Positions 1 through 8,772 are shown, counted from the first letter of the stretch. The stretch: 32,000 bases of DNA from Candidatus Nanogingivalaceae bacterium (GCA_015257795.3 CP072208.2:510001-542000); one strand, 5' to 3'. Notes: generated from the sequence alone by a model not told the origin. Numbers and translations: made by a program.

Positions 1-290
1 ACTGGTCGTAGTGAATATTTTCTAGACCCATTAGGCAGATGTTCAAGCTCATCCAAATCTGAAATTCCTTCAACCGCTTTTGGTCTACCCATGTGCGAAA
101 TAATAATAATTTTTCGAACGCCTCGCTCAATAAGGTTTTTAAGTGTTGGCAAGCTTGATTTAATTCTAAAATCATTCAAAATATTCGCCTCACCATTTTC
201 AGAATATTCAATTGGGACATTATAGTCTGTGCGAACTAGGACAACCTTTCCACGCACATCAATATCATTAATAGTTTTTTTGTTAAACAT
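1..290 (-). CDS. pgk: phosphoglycerate kinase, N-terminal part (rest of the gene lies beyond the window start)
   Basis: Reverse translation from ATG (290-288) reads MFNKKTINDIDVRGKVVLVRTDYNVPI...RKIIIISHMGRPK, the canonical PGK N-terminal motif. AAGGAAA SD lies just upstream. Absent from the ORF track because it is truncated. Confidence 0.85.
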   Translation of the reverse strand, partial: MFNKKTINDIDVRGKVVLVRTDYNVPIEYSENGEANILNDFRIKSSLPTLKNLIERGVRKIIIISHMGRPKAVEGISDLDELEHLPNGSRKYSLRP

Positions 291-324
291 ATGTTTCCTT
301 TTTTATTTTGCAAATTTTAATTTA

Positions 325-353
325 ATTTTATCACGTTTAAGTTTAAAATTCAA
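325..353 (-). promoter_or_regulatory. sigma70-type promoter for pgk (TTGAAT-17-TGaTAAAAT)
   Basis: Reverse complement reads TTGAAT, 17-nt spacer, extended -10 TGATAAAAT, about 30 nt upstream of the pgk ATG. Confidence 0.6.
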
Positions 354-380
354 TATTTTAATGTTTTTTTGAAAAAAGTA

Positions 381-409
381 TTGACATTTTGTTTTTAATA
401 TGTTATTAT
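381..409 (+). promoter_or_regulatory. consensus promoter TTGACA-17-TGtTATTAT with no annotated gene downstream
   Basis: TTGACA at 381-386, 17-nt spacer, TGT + TATTAT at 401-409. Confidence 0.65.
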
Positions 410-415
410 ATGAAC

Positions 416-600
416 ATAATCATCCAAAAATAAAAATATAAAAACAAAAAATGATTATAGAAAGGAAATATTTTGTTTAAAGTTATTCGAGTTAATCAAT
501 CTGAAGACGCTTACTCAGTAAACGTACGAACAAGTCGCGAAAAATAGTTAAGGCTTTCGAAAAACAAAAAATCGCCCTCCTATCATTGGGGCGATTTTTA
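416..600 (+). other. orphan short transcription unit (about 180 nt): candidate sRNA and/or 24-codon sORF at 473-547
   Basis: Bounded by the promoter at 381-409 and the hairpin terminator at 571-599. Contains an 8-bp inverted repeat (ATAATCAT 417-424 / ATGATTAT 451-458). A GAAAGGAAA SD lies 7 nt before TTG (473), which opens (M)FKVIRVNQSEDAYSVNVRTSREK, stop TAG at 545-547. Confidence 0.4.
562..600. terminator. bidirectional rho-independent terminator (typA and the orphan unit)
   Basis: Stem ATCGCCC (571-577) / GGGCGAT (589-595), with an A-run on the left and a T-run on the right. Confidence 0.75.
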
Positions 601-626
601 AATGTTTTTATTAAATTGTCAAGTCT

Positions 627-2453
627 TTACTTTACAGCTTTTGCCATGCGCTTACGCTCAATCGAATCTAGATATCGTTTTCGAAGTCGCAAATTCTGTG
701 GTGTAACTTCAAGCAATTCATCGTCTTCAATAAAATCAATACATTGCTCAAGGCTTAAATTAGTATACGGAGTTAATTGAACCGCGCCATCAGAAGATTT
801 TGAACGCATGTTTGTAAGATGTTTTTCTTTCACGACATTAATTTCAAGGTCTTCTTGGCGGTTATTTAACCCCACGATCATTCCGGCATAAACTTCAGTT
901 CCTGGTCCAATAAACAATTCTCCACGGCTTTCCGCACTTTGTAGTGCGTATGGCGTTGAAGTTCCTTTTTCGAAAGCAATCAAAACTCCATTTCGGCTAG
1001 AAGGGATTTTTGCTCCCATTTCTTGATAACCATGAGGTAAGCTATTCATAATAATAGTACCTTTTGTTGCGGTCAACATTAAGTTTCGAAGCCCAATCAT
1101 GGCTCGAGTAGTGATAATATACGTTAACCGCGTTGCGCCTGTTGGCAAACTCTCTTGAGAACGCATTTCTGCTCGGCGAGTTCCCATTTCTTGACTTACT
1201 GCGCCCACAAATTCTGGCGCAACTTCAATGATCAATTCTTCAACCGGCTCTTTTTCAACACCATCTTCCTGAATTGTCACCACTTGTGGACGACCAACTT
1301 CGAACTCAAATCCTTCACGCCGTAGAGTTTCAATTAAAACTGAAAGGTGTAGCTCACCGCGACCGGAAACAATAAAACCAATTCCATCTTCTTTAACTTG
1401 AAGTGAAACATTTGTTTCAAGTTCTTTCTTTAGCCTATCACCAATCTGGCGAGAAGTTGTAAATTCACCTTCACGACCCTTCATTGGGCTTGTATTTGGT
1501 CCAAGATACATCGAAAGTGTTGGTTTTTCAACCTCAATTGTTGGTAGGGCTTCAGGGTTATTCACATCGGCTAGAGTTTCACCAATTTCAGCTTCACTAA
1601 TACCCGTAATCGCAACAATATCGCCTGCAAAAGCCTCTGTAATTTCTTCACGATGAAGCCCTCGATACGCAAAAAGCTTATCGATTTTTGACTTTTTAAC
1701 AGTTCCATCACGCTTAATTAGAGCAATTTGTTCTCCAGCTTTAACTTTTCCGCGAGAAATTCGCCCAATAGCATATTTGCCCAAAAAGCTATCGTATGTT
1801 AAAGAAGTTATAAGTAATTGAAAATCACCGTCAACATCAACTTTTGGCGCCGGAATTTCATTAATAATTGCTTCGAAAATAGGTTCAAAATTTGCTTCAG
1901 CTTCTGGATTTTCTGGAACCTCAGGCCAAGCTTTACCATCACGCCCAATCGCATAATAAGTTGGGTAAAGAAGTTGATCGTCGTTCGTTGCTAGCTCTAA
2001 GAATAGATCTGATACCTCATCATTAACTTCGGCAATTCGACGCGCAGGTTTATCAATTTTATTTACAACTACAATAGGTTTTAAACCAAGCTCAAGAGCT
2101 TTCGAAAGCACAAATTTCGTTTGAGGCATTGGTCCTTCTTGAGCATCCACAACCAAGATAACACCGTCAGCCATATTTAGTGTGCGTTCAACCTCGCCAG
2201 AAAAATCTGCGTGTCCTGGTGTATCGATAATATTAATTTTATAATCCCCATAATAAATTGAGGTTTGTTTTGCGGTAATAGTAATTCCGCGTTCCGACTC
2301 CTGATCACCAGAATCCATTAGGAGTGTTTGGCTCATTTCAGCCTGATTTTCACGGAATGTATTGCTTTGCTTTAAAAGTCCATCCACTAAAGTGGTCTTT
2401 CCGTGGTCAACGTGGGCAATAATTGCCACATTTCGAATATTTTCTGATTTCAT
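627..2453 (-). CDS. typA: translational GTPase TypA/BipA
   Basis: 608 aa. N-terminus [17 protein letters not shown] (G1), DTPGHADF (G3), NKIDK (G4), full-length EF-G-like architecture. GAAGGGA SD upstream. Confidence 0.95.
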   Translation of the reverse strand: MKSENIRNVAIIAHVDHGKTTLVDGLLKQSNTFRENQAEMSQTLLMDSGDQESERGITITAKQTSIYYGDYKINIIDTPGHADFSGEVERTLNMADGVILVVDAQEGPMPQTKFVLSKALELGLKPIVVVNKIDKPARRIAEVNDEVSDLFLELATNDDQLLYPTYYAIGRDGKAWPEVPENPEAEANFEPIFEAIINEIPAPKVDVDGDFQLLITSLTYDSFLGKYAIGRISRGKVKAGEQIALIKRDGTVKKSKIDKLFAYRGLHREEITEAFAGDIVAITGISEAEIGETLADVNNPEALPTIEVEKPTLSMYLGPNTSPMKGREGEFTTSRQIGDRLKKELETNVSLQVKEDGIGFIVSGRGELHLSVLIETLRREGFEFEVGRPQVVTIQEDGVEKEPVEELIIEVAPEFVGAVSQEMGTRRAEMRSQESLPTGATRLTYIITTRAMIGLRNLMLTATKGTIIMNSLPHGYQEMGAKIPSSRNGVLIAFEKGTSTPYALQSAESRGELFIGPGTEVYAGMIVGLNNRQEDLEINVVKEKHLTNMRSKSSDGAVQLTPYTNLSLEQCIDFIEDDELLEVTPQNLRLRKRYLDSIERKRMAKAVK

Positions 2454-2482
2454 GTTTTCCCTTCAATTCTTAAATTCACCTT

Positions 2483-2511
2483 ATTTTAACATAATTAAAC
2501 TATTTTTTCAA
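2483..2511 (-). promoter_or_regulatory. typA promoter (TTGAAA-17-TGtTAAAAT)
   Basis: Read on the reverse strand; about 29-nt leader containing the SD. Confidence 0.6.
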
Positions 2512-2790
2512 TTTTCACCACATGAACTTTCCATATTAGTTTATAAAGTGGTTCCCTTTTTAAAAAATCCATTTTAATGCTGGCTTCTAACTATTTTTAG
2601 CTTATTTTTTGGGTTACGATCATAAATCAAAAAAATCTCTAAATTCACAATATGTTAAAATCTTAAAGCATTCCTCTGAGTCTTCTGACGTAATTTTAAT
2701 AATAATATCGGTAAACTTTTTGACTATATATATTTATCTAAATATTTTTTATCGCACATTACTTATTTTTAAAAAAATAAAAAAAAGTTG

Positions 2791-2819
2791 TTGACTTTAA
2801 ATAAATTGTCTGCTAAAAT
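2791..2819 (+). promoter_or_regulatory. tRNA-Val promoter (TTGACT-17-TGcTAAAAT)
   Basis: The -10 ends 11 nt before the mature tRNA 5' end. Confidence 0.7.
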
Positions 2820-2830
2820 AGTAATTGTTC

Positions 2831-2907
2831 GGGTGATTAGCTCAGTTGGCTAGAGCATCTCGTTTACACCGAGAGGGTCTGGGGTTCGAGTCCCTAATCA
2901 CCCACCA
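2831..2907 (+). tRNA. tRNA-Val (anticodon TAC), CCA encoded
   Basis: Manual cloverleaf: acceptor GGGTGAT/ATCACCC, anticodon stem TCTCG/CGAGA, loop TTTACAC, T-loop TTCGAGT, discriminator A, then CCA. Confidence 0.9.
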
Positions 2908-2923
2908 ATTGAAATTATATCGA

Positions 2924-2948
2924 AAAGCTTCAATTCTGGAGCTTTTTT
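2924..2948 (+). terminator. rho-independent terminator after tRNA-Val
   Basis: Hairpin AAAGCTTC / GGAGCTTT followed by a T-run. Confidence 0.6.
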
Positions 2949-2972
2949 CTTTTGTTTCGAAAATGCTAAATA

Positions 2973-3001
2973 TTGACTTTTAACGCTTTTTATGTTATTA
3001 T
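2973..3001 (+). promoter_or_regulatory. promoter TTGACT-17-TGtTATTAT for the 3056 gene
   Basis: Consensus elements with exact 17-nt spacing. Confidence 0.7.
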
Positions 3002-3055
3002 ATAAGCATTCTAGTACCTTTACTGGAAAATTTTTATAGAAAGTGAGGGGTTGAT

Positions 3056-3544
3056 ATGATTAACCTCTTGATGCATGCGCTAATCTTTTGCATGCAGTTA
3101 TTAAATGTTGTTACTTTGGGTGTAGTGGATAACTTAGCAGTTGTCTATGGAGCACTCGTTCTCGCGACGCTCTATGTATTAGTTAAGCTAGATAAGCATT
3201 TTCCAATTTGCTTATTATGGCAAGAAGCTGGGCTATTTACTAAATCTCTAATCTTTGTAGGCTTAGTTCTAAATGCCCTTCCTACACCACTTTATTGGCT
3301 TGTTGGGATTTTTCTGATCATGTTGGCATTCTTTATTACGCCTACCAAAAAGAATGTGAAAGAAGCCAAGAAGCCTTCGCTGTTTTCGAAACTTAAAGGT
3401 GTTGTTTTCGAACACTATAACGAGAGTAACATAAAAAATAAGGCCACAAAAGTGACGGAAGCGTTTTCGAAGAAGGCAAAAAAACCTTCAAGCCCAAAAA
3501 AAGAAGAGGGCAAAAAAGAGTTTAAAAACCTCCCTCCTATTTAA
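3056..3544 (+). CDS. hypothetical polytopic membrane protein with Lys-rich C-terminal tail
   Basis: 162 aa, about 4 hydrophobic helices, then a KK-rich hydrophilic tail. GAGGGG SD 5 nt before the ATG. Has its own promoter and terminator. Confidence 0.7.
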   Translation: MINLLMHALIFCMQLLNVVTLGVVDNLAVVYGALVLATLYVLVKLDKHFPICLLWQEAGLFTKSLIFVGLVLNALPTPLYWLVGIFLIMLAFFITPTKKNVKEAKKPSLFSKLKGVVFEHYNESNIKNKATKVTEAFSKKAKKPSSPKKEEGKKEFKNLPPI

Positions 3545-3557
3545 AATTTTCCTTTTC

Positions 3558-3582
3558 TACCCCATTTTTTGGGGTATTTTTT
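3558..3582 (+). terminator. rho-independent terminator
   Basis: TACCCC / GGGGTA stem with 7-nt loop, then TTTTTT. Confidence 0.75.
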
Positions 3583-3633
3583 ATTTGTAAAAAACAAACC
3601 GCTTGCGCTTATTGCTTTTATATTATATAGGTA

Positions 3634-3662
3634 TTGACTTTTTATTGCCTTTGTGCTATAAT
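3634..3662 (+). promoter_or_regulatory. promoter TTGACT-17-TGcTATAAT for the 3811 gene
   Basis: Consensus elements. Gives a leader of about 140 nt that contains the 26-bp palindrome. Confidence 0.7.
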
Positions 3663-3756
3663 TCTAGCAGTTGACATATCATAATCACTACGATTTGTCA
3701 ATGAAGCTTAACAAGAATTGGGTTATTATGAGGTATTAATCGTGCCTCAATAGTCA

Positions 3757-3782
3757 TTATTTATTTTGGCCAAAATAAATAA
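3757..3782. repeat. perfect 26-bp palindrome TTATTTATTTTGG|CCAAAATAAATAA in the 5' leader
   Basis: Base-by-base check: 13+13 nt are perfectly self-complementary with no loop. Confidence 0.8.
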
Positions 3783-3810
3783 AATCTGTATAGAAAGGAT
3801 GGTGCAAAAA

Positions 3811-5280
3811 ATGATGACTATAACAGAAAAAATTAACAGAATTCTAGAACAACTTGAAGGGCTATGCAAGAGTAGCGAAGAAAAGGTATGGCTAGAAAGA
3901 GTTTGCGAAGAGGCGGCTAAGAAGCCTTCGGACGAAAAAGTGGCGTATCTTGAAGGCCAGCTCCAAGCACTACGTGATATTAAAAACGAAGAGCTTGAAG
4001 AAGAAGCTGAGCCTCAGGAAGAAACTCCTGTTCGCCTTCACACAAACTGGGTGATGGCTGCATTATTAGCTATTTGTGTAGTTGTTGTAATTGCATTTCT
4101 AGTTTTAGGAATGTTCGGCAAACATAAAGCTAACGATGTCAAAGCAGCCGACAGCAAAACGGTCAGCTCTCTGGTTCTTCCAAAAGAAGAATTCCAGGTT
4201 ATTGACTATAAAGTCGACGGCGACACTGTCGTCTATAACAGCGAAATTGCAAATACCCAACAAAAGGTGTTCGCAAACGGTTCAAAAGAGGATTCTCTTT
4301 CAACTAACGCTAATGATGCAGTTAACGAGATGGTTCAGTACATGAGCCACAACGCAACTGCGTTGAAAGAGAAAGCCATGACATTCGGTATTGTTGATAC
4401 CAATACTGATGTCAAGGACTGGCTCGCGAAAGGTAAAGACGGAAATCTTTACTACAACGAAAAAGGAAAAGATGTCTACTATCAGACAAAAGCTTTCCTT
4501 TCCCGGAGTCAAACCTCTTCTAAGAAAATGGAAGAGGGCTCAAATTACTATGCCACTGGAGTTAATAGCAAAGGTGACGTAGTAGTAAGCGAAAACTCAC
4601 AAAACCTCAGCGGACAAGAATACGTCGAAGTTTCAAATCCGAAAGGATCAACTGAGAAGTATTCTTATCGCGTACTTGTTTACTGTGGCAACACAGTAAT
4701 GCAAAGCAATAACATCCCCGGGGTTAAAACGGGTAAAGTAGAGATTCCTACAAAGCCTAATGAACCTGGAAAACCAAGTGAACCAGGCAAACCTGGTAAG
4801 CCAGACAAACCTGGAAAACCAAGTGAACCAGGAAAACCTGGTAAACCAGACAAACCTGGCGAAAGCAAGGTTGAGAAAAAAGACCCTAGTAAAGATCCAG
4901 CCAACCAAGGCAAAGCACCGGTTGGTGGTGGTCAAAACGATGGATCTCAAAATGGAGCAGAAACTTCTCAGGCTAGCTTGCCTGAGCAATACTCTGCTCC
5001 ATCAGCACCAGCGAACTCAAGCTCAGCTGCTCCATCACAAGATGCTCGCACTAGCGAACCATCTCAATGGACTGGAGCTGGAACAATTACGGACTCTAAC
5101 GGCACTACAACAGTAGCCGATAATGGAGCCGTAACAACCCCTGATAATCATCATTACGATGGTTTAGTGGGTCAATCCACTCCTGCAGTTGAAGCAGGAG
5201 CTAACGGGGTCACAACTCCAAGTAGCTCTGCCAACTTCGCAGGCAATGGCTCTATGAGTGAGCCTGCAATCGATGATTGA
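3811..5280 (+). CDS. hypothetical type-II membrane-anchored surface protein with ([15 protein letters not shown]) repeats and an S/T/A/N-rich tail
   Basis: The ORF is open from 3766 (TTG). ATG 3811 is preferred because GGATGGTG lies 6 nt upstream; 3799 is an alternative. Layout: about 90-aa charged helical N-terminus, one TM helix ([23 protein letters not shown]), then an extracytoplasmic domain. Confidence 0.75.
   Translation: MMTITEKINRILEQLEGLCKSSEEKVWLERVCEEAAKKPSDEKVAYLEGQLQALRDIKNEELEEEAEPQEETPVRLHTNWVMAALLAICVVVVIAFLVLGMFGKHKANDVKAADSKTVSSLVLPKEEFQVIDYKVDGDTVVYNSEIANTQQKVFANGSKEDSLSTNANDAVNEMVQYMSHNATALKEKAMTFGIVDTNTDVKDWLAKGKDGNLYYNEKGKDVYYQTKAFLSRSQTSSKKMEEGSNYYATGVNSKGDVVVSENSQNLSGQEYVEVSNPKGSTEKYSYRVLVYCGNTVMQSNNIPGVKTGKVEIPTKPNEPGKPSEPGKPGKPDKPGKPSEPGKPGKPDKPGESKVEKKDPSKDPANQGKAPVGGGQNDGSQNGAETSQASLPEQYSAPSAPANSSSAAPSQDARTSEPSQWTGAGTITDSNGTTTVADNGAVTTPDNHHYDGLVGQSTPAVEAGANGVTTPSSSANFAGNGSMSEPAIDD
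4762..4860 (+). repeat. in-frame 45-bp tandem repeat, about 2.2 copies
   Basis: Copy 1 at 4762-4806 and copy 2 at 4807-4851 differ at 3 positions; a partial third copy follows. Confidence 0.85.
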
Positions 5281-5303
5281 TTTTTTCAATAACGATTAGC
5301 ACA

Positions 5304-5361
5304 TTTTGAAAGTTAAAACTTTCAAATTTCACGCTAGGCGGTTTCCCGCCGCCTGGCTTTT
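5304..5361 (+). terminator. two tandem hairpins ending the 3811-5280 transcript
   Basis: TTTGAAAGTT-AA-AACTTTCAAA, then CTAGGCGG..CCGCCTGG followed by CTTTT. Confidence 0.7.
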
Positions 5362-5432
5362 CATTGATATCTCTTAATAACCCAATTCTGTGTTAGGTTT
5401 TAACAATTCGGCAAGCGAAGAAAAACAAAATA

Positions 5433-5461
5433 TTGACAGACAGAATTATGATATTTATAAT
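5433..5461 (+). promoter_or_regulatory. perfect consensus promoter TTGACA-17-TATAAT
   Basis: TTGACA at 5433-5438, TATAAT at 5456-5461. Confidence 0.8.
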
Positions 5462-5501
5462 TAATAAAATTTCTAATAAAGTGGAGATTAGAAGGGAGAA
5501 A

Positions 5502-7811
5502 ATGAGGGACCAAATGAAAAAACTCATTAATTTTATTAAAAACCATTCTGTAATCTCTGGTTCAATCTTGGCTGCAGTTATTGCTCCGGTTGCCGTTATG
5601 GCCTGGGGTCCAGCTCGACCATCATTTACTATTGAAAAACCAGCAGATTATATTACATTTAACTCAATCACAAATAACCCTGTTATTGGTGGTGACGAAA
5701 AAGACTTCGTTGGAATTCGTGAAGTTGGATCAAATGCTAACTGGACGAATAACATGAAAGTTCAAAACGGCAAAGAATACTATGTTCGAATTTACGTTCA
5801 CAACAACGCAGCTTCGAATCTAAATCTTGTTGCCGAAAACGTAGTTGCGAAACTTAACGTTCCAACAACAACTGCAAAAACCGTAACTGTTCAAGGTCAG
5901 GTTTCAGCTTCAAACGCAAAACCTAACACAGTTTGGGATGAAGCAACTTTTTCAAGTGATAATGACTTCAACTTGGCTTATGTTGCTGGTTCTGCCCTTT
6001 TCGAAAACAACGGAATGGGTACAACTAAACTTCCAGACAGCATCGTAAACAATACGGGTGCAACTCTTGGATACAGCAAACTTGACGGAAAAATTCCTGG
6101 ATGTTTTCAATATGCAGGTTACGTAACCGTTAAAGTTAAAGCTCAAGTTAACCAACCACAAGAGAAAACAGATATCGATCTTGCAAAAACAGTTCGAAAT
6201 AAAACAAATGGCGAAAAAACTTGGACTGAAACTGTAAGTGCTAAAGGTGGCGACACAGTTCAATTCCAAATTCACGCTAAAAACACAGGTTCTGCAGGAA
6301 TTCAGAACTTGGTAATTCGCGATATTCTACCAAAAGGTTTGAATTATGTTGCAGGTACAACAAAACTTTACAACACTTCAAACCCAAATGGCTTGAAAGT
6401 TAGCGATAACATTATTCAAAATTCTGGAATCAATATTGGTACATATCAAGCAAATGGCGACGCTTACGTACGTTTTGACGCAACAGTTGCAGCTGAAAAA
6501 GACTTGCCAGTTTGTGGAGACAACGTTTTGACAAACATCGCACAAGCAAGTGATCAAAAAATAGTTAAAAATGACACTGCTAGTGTACGGATCACTAAAA
6601 AATGTGATACTCCAAAACCTCAAACTCCAGCTTACAAATGTGACGCTTTAAGCTTAAATATTGTTCGAAAAGATGAAAAGCAAATCACTTATTCAGCTGA
6701 TACGAAATATTCAGTAAAAGATACAGAATTTACTGGAACAAAATATGTTGTTAAAAATTCTAAAGGTGAAGTTGTAGCTCAAAAAGTAATCAACAATGGT
6801 ACTAAATTTGAAATTACCGTTCCAAATGATGTAACTGAGAAATATACAATTATCTCAACAACCATGACTAAAAATGGTGAAAACACAAATGCAAATTGTG
6901 AAAAATCTTTTGAAACAAAAGCTCCAACAGTACCACCAACACCAACACCTAACAAACCTGAGTTGGTATGTAAAAACATCACAATCAACCAAATTTCTCG
7001 AACACGATTCGAATTCAATACTTCTTACACTGTAAATCACACAACATTTATCGGTGTTAAATACACCATCAAAGATGAAAGTGGTAAAGTTGTAATCGAA
7101 AAGACTGTAAACAATGGTTCGAAATTAACAGTTGATATCGAAATTGCTGGTAAATTCACAATTTCTTCAACAGTTATTACAAAAGATGGCGAGAATGCAA
7201 ATTCAAACTGTGTAAAAACTTTCGAAGTTAAACGAGATGAAAAACCTTCAATCGTTATTAAGAAAACTGTAAACAATCAAAAATTTGCTAAACTTGAAGC
7301 AAATACTGATTTCAACTATGAAATTACAGTATCAAACAACGGAAATGTTGATTTGAAAGATGTTGTTGTAACTGACCGAGCTCCTGTAAACATTAAATTC
7401 ATTAGCTCAGACAGCGGTAAAATTGAAAACAACATTTTGGTTTCAAAGATTGACTCTTTGAAGATTGGTGAAAGCAAAACTATCGTTATTAAATCTCAAG
7501 CAACTGCAACAGGTATGTCAGCCGTAAACACTGCTTGTGTAGATACTCCAACAATTCCTGGAGACAACGATGGTTGTGATAGCGCTAAAGTGGAAATTCC
7601 AAAGAAACAAACTCCACCAAGCCCAACACCAAACAACCCAACACCAAATGTTCCAACACCAAACAACCCAACACCAAATAATCCAGTACCAAGCGTTCCT
7701 TCAGAATTGCCTGAAACTGGTTCAGACGCCCTATCGGCAGTTCTTGGACTAGGTTCAATGGTAACTGCATTTGGTTACTACTTCGCAAGCCGAAAAGCTG
7801 CAAAATTCTAA
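5502..7811 (+). CDS. LPXTG-anchored cell-surface protein with two DUF11-like repeat domains and two tandem Cys-bracketed modules of about 95 aa
   Basis: ATG 5502 follows AAGGGAG; the 5433 TTG in the ORF track is the -35 box. N-terminal signal/TM segment. C-terminus is a P/T/N-rich stalk, LPETG (7707-7721), a hydrophobic helix and RKAAKF. DUF11-like segments start at DLAKTVRNKT... and IKKTVNNQKF... Confidence 0.9.
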   Translation: MRDQMKKLINFIKNHSVISGSILAAVIAPVAVMAWGPARPSFTIEKPADYITFNSITNNPVIGGDEKDFVGIREVGSNANWTNNMKVQNGKEYYVRIYVHNNAASNLNLVAENVVAKLNVPTTTAKTVTVQGQVSASNAKPNTVWDEATFSSDNDFNLAYVAGSALFENNGMGTTKLPDSIVNNTGATLGYSKLDGKIPGCFQYAGYVTVKVKAQVNQPQEKTDIDLAKTVRNKTNGEKTWTETVSAKGGDTVQFQIHAKNTGSAGIQNLVIRDILPKGLNYVAGTTKLYNTSNPNGLKVSDNIIQNSGINIGTYQANGDAYVRFDATVAAEKDLPVCGDNVLTNIAQASDQKIVKNDTASVRITKKCDTPKPQTPAYKCDALSLNIVRKDEKQITYSADTKYSVKDTEFTGTKYVVKNSKGEVVAQKVINNGTKFEITVPNDVTEKYTIISTTMTKNGENTNANCEKSFETKAPTVPPTPTPNKPELVCKNITINQISRTRFEFNTSYTVNHTTFIGVKYTIKDESGKVVIEKTVNNGSKLTVDIEIAGKFTISSTVITKDGENANSNCVKTFEVKRDEKPSIVIKKTVNNQKFAKLEANTDFNYEITVSNNGNVDLKDVVVTDRAPVNIKFISSDSGKIENNILVSKIDSLKIGESKTIVIKSQATATGMSAVNTACVDTPTIPGDNDGCDSAKVEIPKKQTPPSPTPNNPTPNVPTPNNPTPNNPVPSVPSELPETGSDALSAVLGLGSMVTAFGYYFASRKAAKF

Positions 7812-7853
7812 AGCTGACCGCTTCTCAATGGGGCGATCGAGCTTCAGATAGAA

Positions 7854-7883
7854 AATAGACCTCAATTTCGAGGTCTATTTTTG
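7854..7883. terminator. bidirectional terminator between convergent genes
   Basis: ATAGACCTC / GAGGTCTAT stem with 6-nt loop, flanked by an A-run and a T-run. Confidence 0.8.
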
Positions 7884-7884
7884 T

Positions 7885-8736
7885 TTATAAATCTTGTTGC
7901 CCTTTTTGATTTGCAACTTTTCTTGCTGCAACAATGACATTATCGATCAAAGAAGCAACCGTTAGTGGACCAACTCCACCTTTTATTGGTGTAATAATCA
8001 GATCCTTTCTATTTTTACGAACTTCATCCGAAACATCACCCTTAATCTCTCCATCTTCGCTCGCCGTTCCAGCATCAATAACCACCGCCTTAGATTTTAG
8101 CATTTCTGAAGTAATTAACCCCGGTTTTCCAACCGCTGTAATTACCACATCAAAATCTTTAAGTGTTTTTACCATTTCTTCGCTATTAAATTCATCGAAT
8201 TTCGAAACCATCACTCCAGATTTTTCAAACATTTTCGAAAGTGGCGCTCCTACAAGCCTCCCCTGTCCAACAACGGCAACCTTTTTACCTTCTAATGAAA
8301 TATTATAGCCTGCCAAAAGCCAATTTATTGCTTGCGCTGTAGCTGGAACAAAATCACCACCATTCAAACCATCAACATCTTTTTCTTTCGAAATTTCACT
8401 CAAAATTGCTTCAGTTTCATTTTTCGAAAGTTTCTCGCCACTTTTATTTTCAAGCGGAAGTTGCACGATAATACCGTGAATATTCTCATCAAGATTAGCC
8501 TTTCGAATCTCTTCTTTCATTAACTCAACATCAACTTTTTGTCGCTCAACCTCAACTAAAATATCTTCGCCGTATTTTTCTTTTAGTCGCATATAAGTTT
8601 CAGTTACGGGGCTTTTTGAAGAATAAAAAATCACTAATTTTGGAAAAACTCGCCAGCTTTGTCGCAAGGCTCGCACCTGTTTAGCTTGGCGTTCTTTAAT
8701 AAAATCACGAAGTTCTGCACCATTTAAAAATCTCAT
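7885..8736 (-). CDS. folD: bifunctional methylenetetrahydrofolate dehydrogenase/cyclohydrolase
   Basis: Starts MRFLNGAELRDFIKERQ. NAD(P) motif VVGQGRLVGAPL and C-terminal GGVGPLTVA. The longer ORF to 8772 starts at TTG and would contain its own promoter. Confidence 0.9.
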   Translation of the reverse strand: MRFLNGAELRDFIKERQAKQVRALRQSWRVFPKLVIFYSSKSPVTETYMRLKEKYGEDILVEVERQKVDVELMKEEIRKANLDENIHGIIVQLPLENKSGEKLSKNETEAILSEISKEKDVDGLNGGDFVPATAQAINWLLAGYNISLEGKKVAVVGQGRLVGAPLSKMFEKSGVMVSKFDEFNSEEMVKTLKDFDVVITAVGKPGLITSEMLKSKAVVIDAGTASEDGEIKGDVSDEVRKNRKDLIITPIKGGVGPLTVASLIDNVIVAARKVANQKGQQDL

Positions 8737-8743
8737 AAGCCTT

Positions 8744-8772
8744 ATTATAAGCAAAAATCTTGAAAATTTCAA
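8744..8772 (-). promoter_or_regulatory. folD promoter TTGAAA-17-TATAAT; the -10 ends 7 nt before the ATG
   Basis: Reverse strand: TTGAAA (8772-8767), TATAAT (8749-8744), ATG at 8736. Confidence 0.7.

Noticed and set aside
2609-2794. 61-aa ORF in the typA / tRNA-Val intergenic region
   Set aside because: It uses a non-ATG start, has no SD, is extremely AT-rich and low-complexity, and runs into the tRNA-Val promoter.
4745-4860. CRISPR-like periodic repeats
   Set aside because: The repeats are contiguous with no spacers, in frame inside a CDS, and encode a PGKP peptide repeat.
4648-5116. ORFs 4648-4989 (-), 4680-4913 (-) and 4760-5116 (+) overlapping the surface protein gene
   Set aside because: They are alternative-frame and antisense artefacts of the proline/lysine-rich tandem repeat and low-complexity region. 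They have no SD or promoter, and their translated products are repetitive.
5433-5501. N-terminal extension of the LPETG protein ORF (the ORF track starts at 5433)
   Set aside because: The TTG at 5433 is the first half of a perfect TTGACA -35 box with TATAAT 17 nt downstream. ATG 5502 has an AAGGGAG SD and yields a normal signal-peptide N-terminus.
8737-8772. Longer folD ORF beginning at 8772
   Set aside because: It starts at a TTG lying within the -35 hexamer and would contain the whole promoter. MRFLNGAELRDF is a typical FolD N-terminus.
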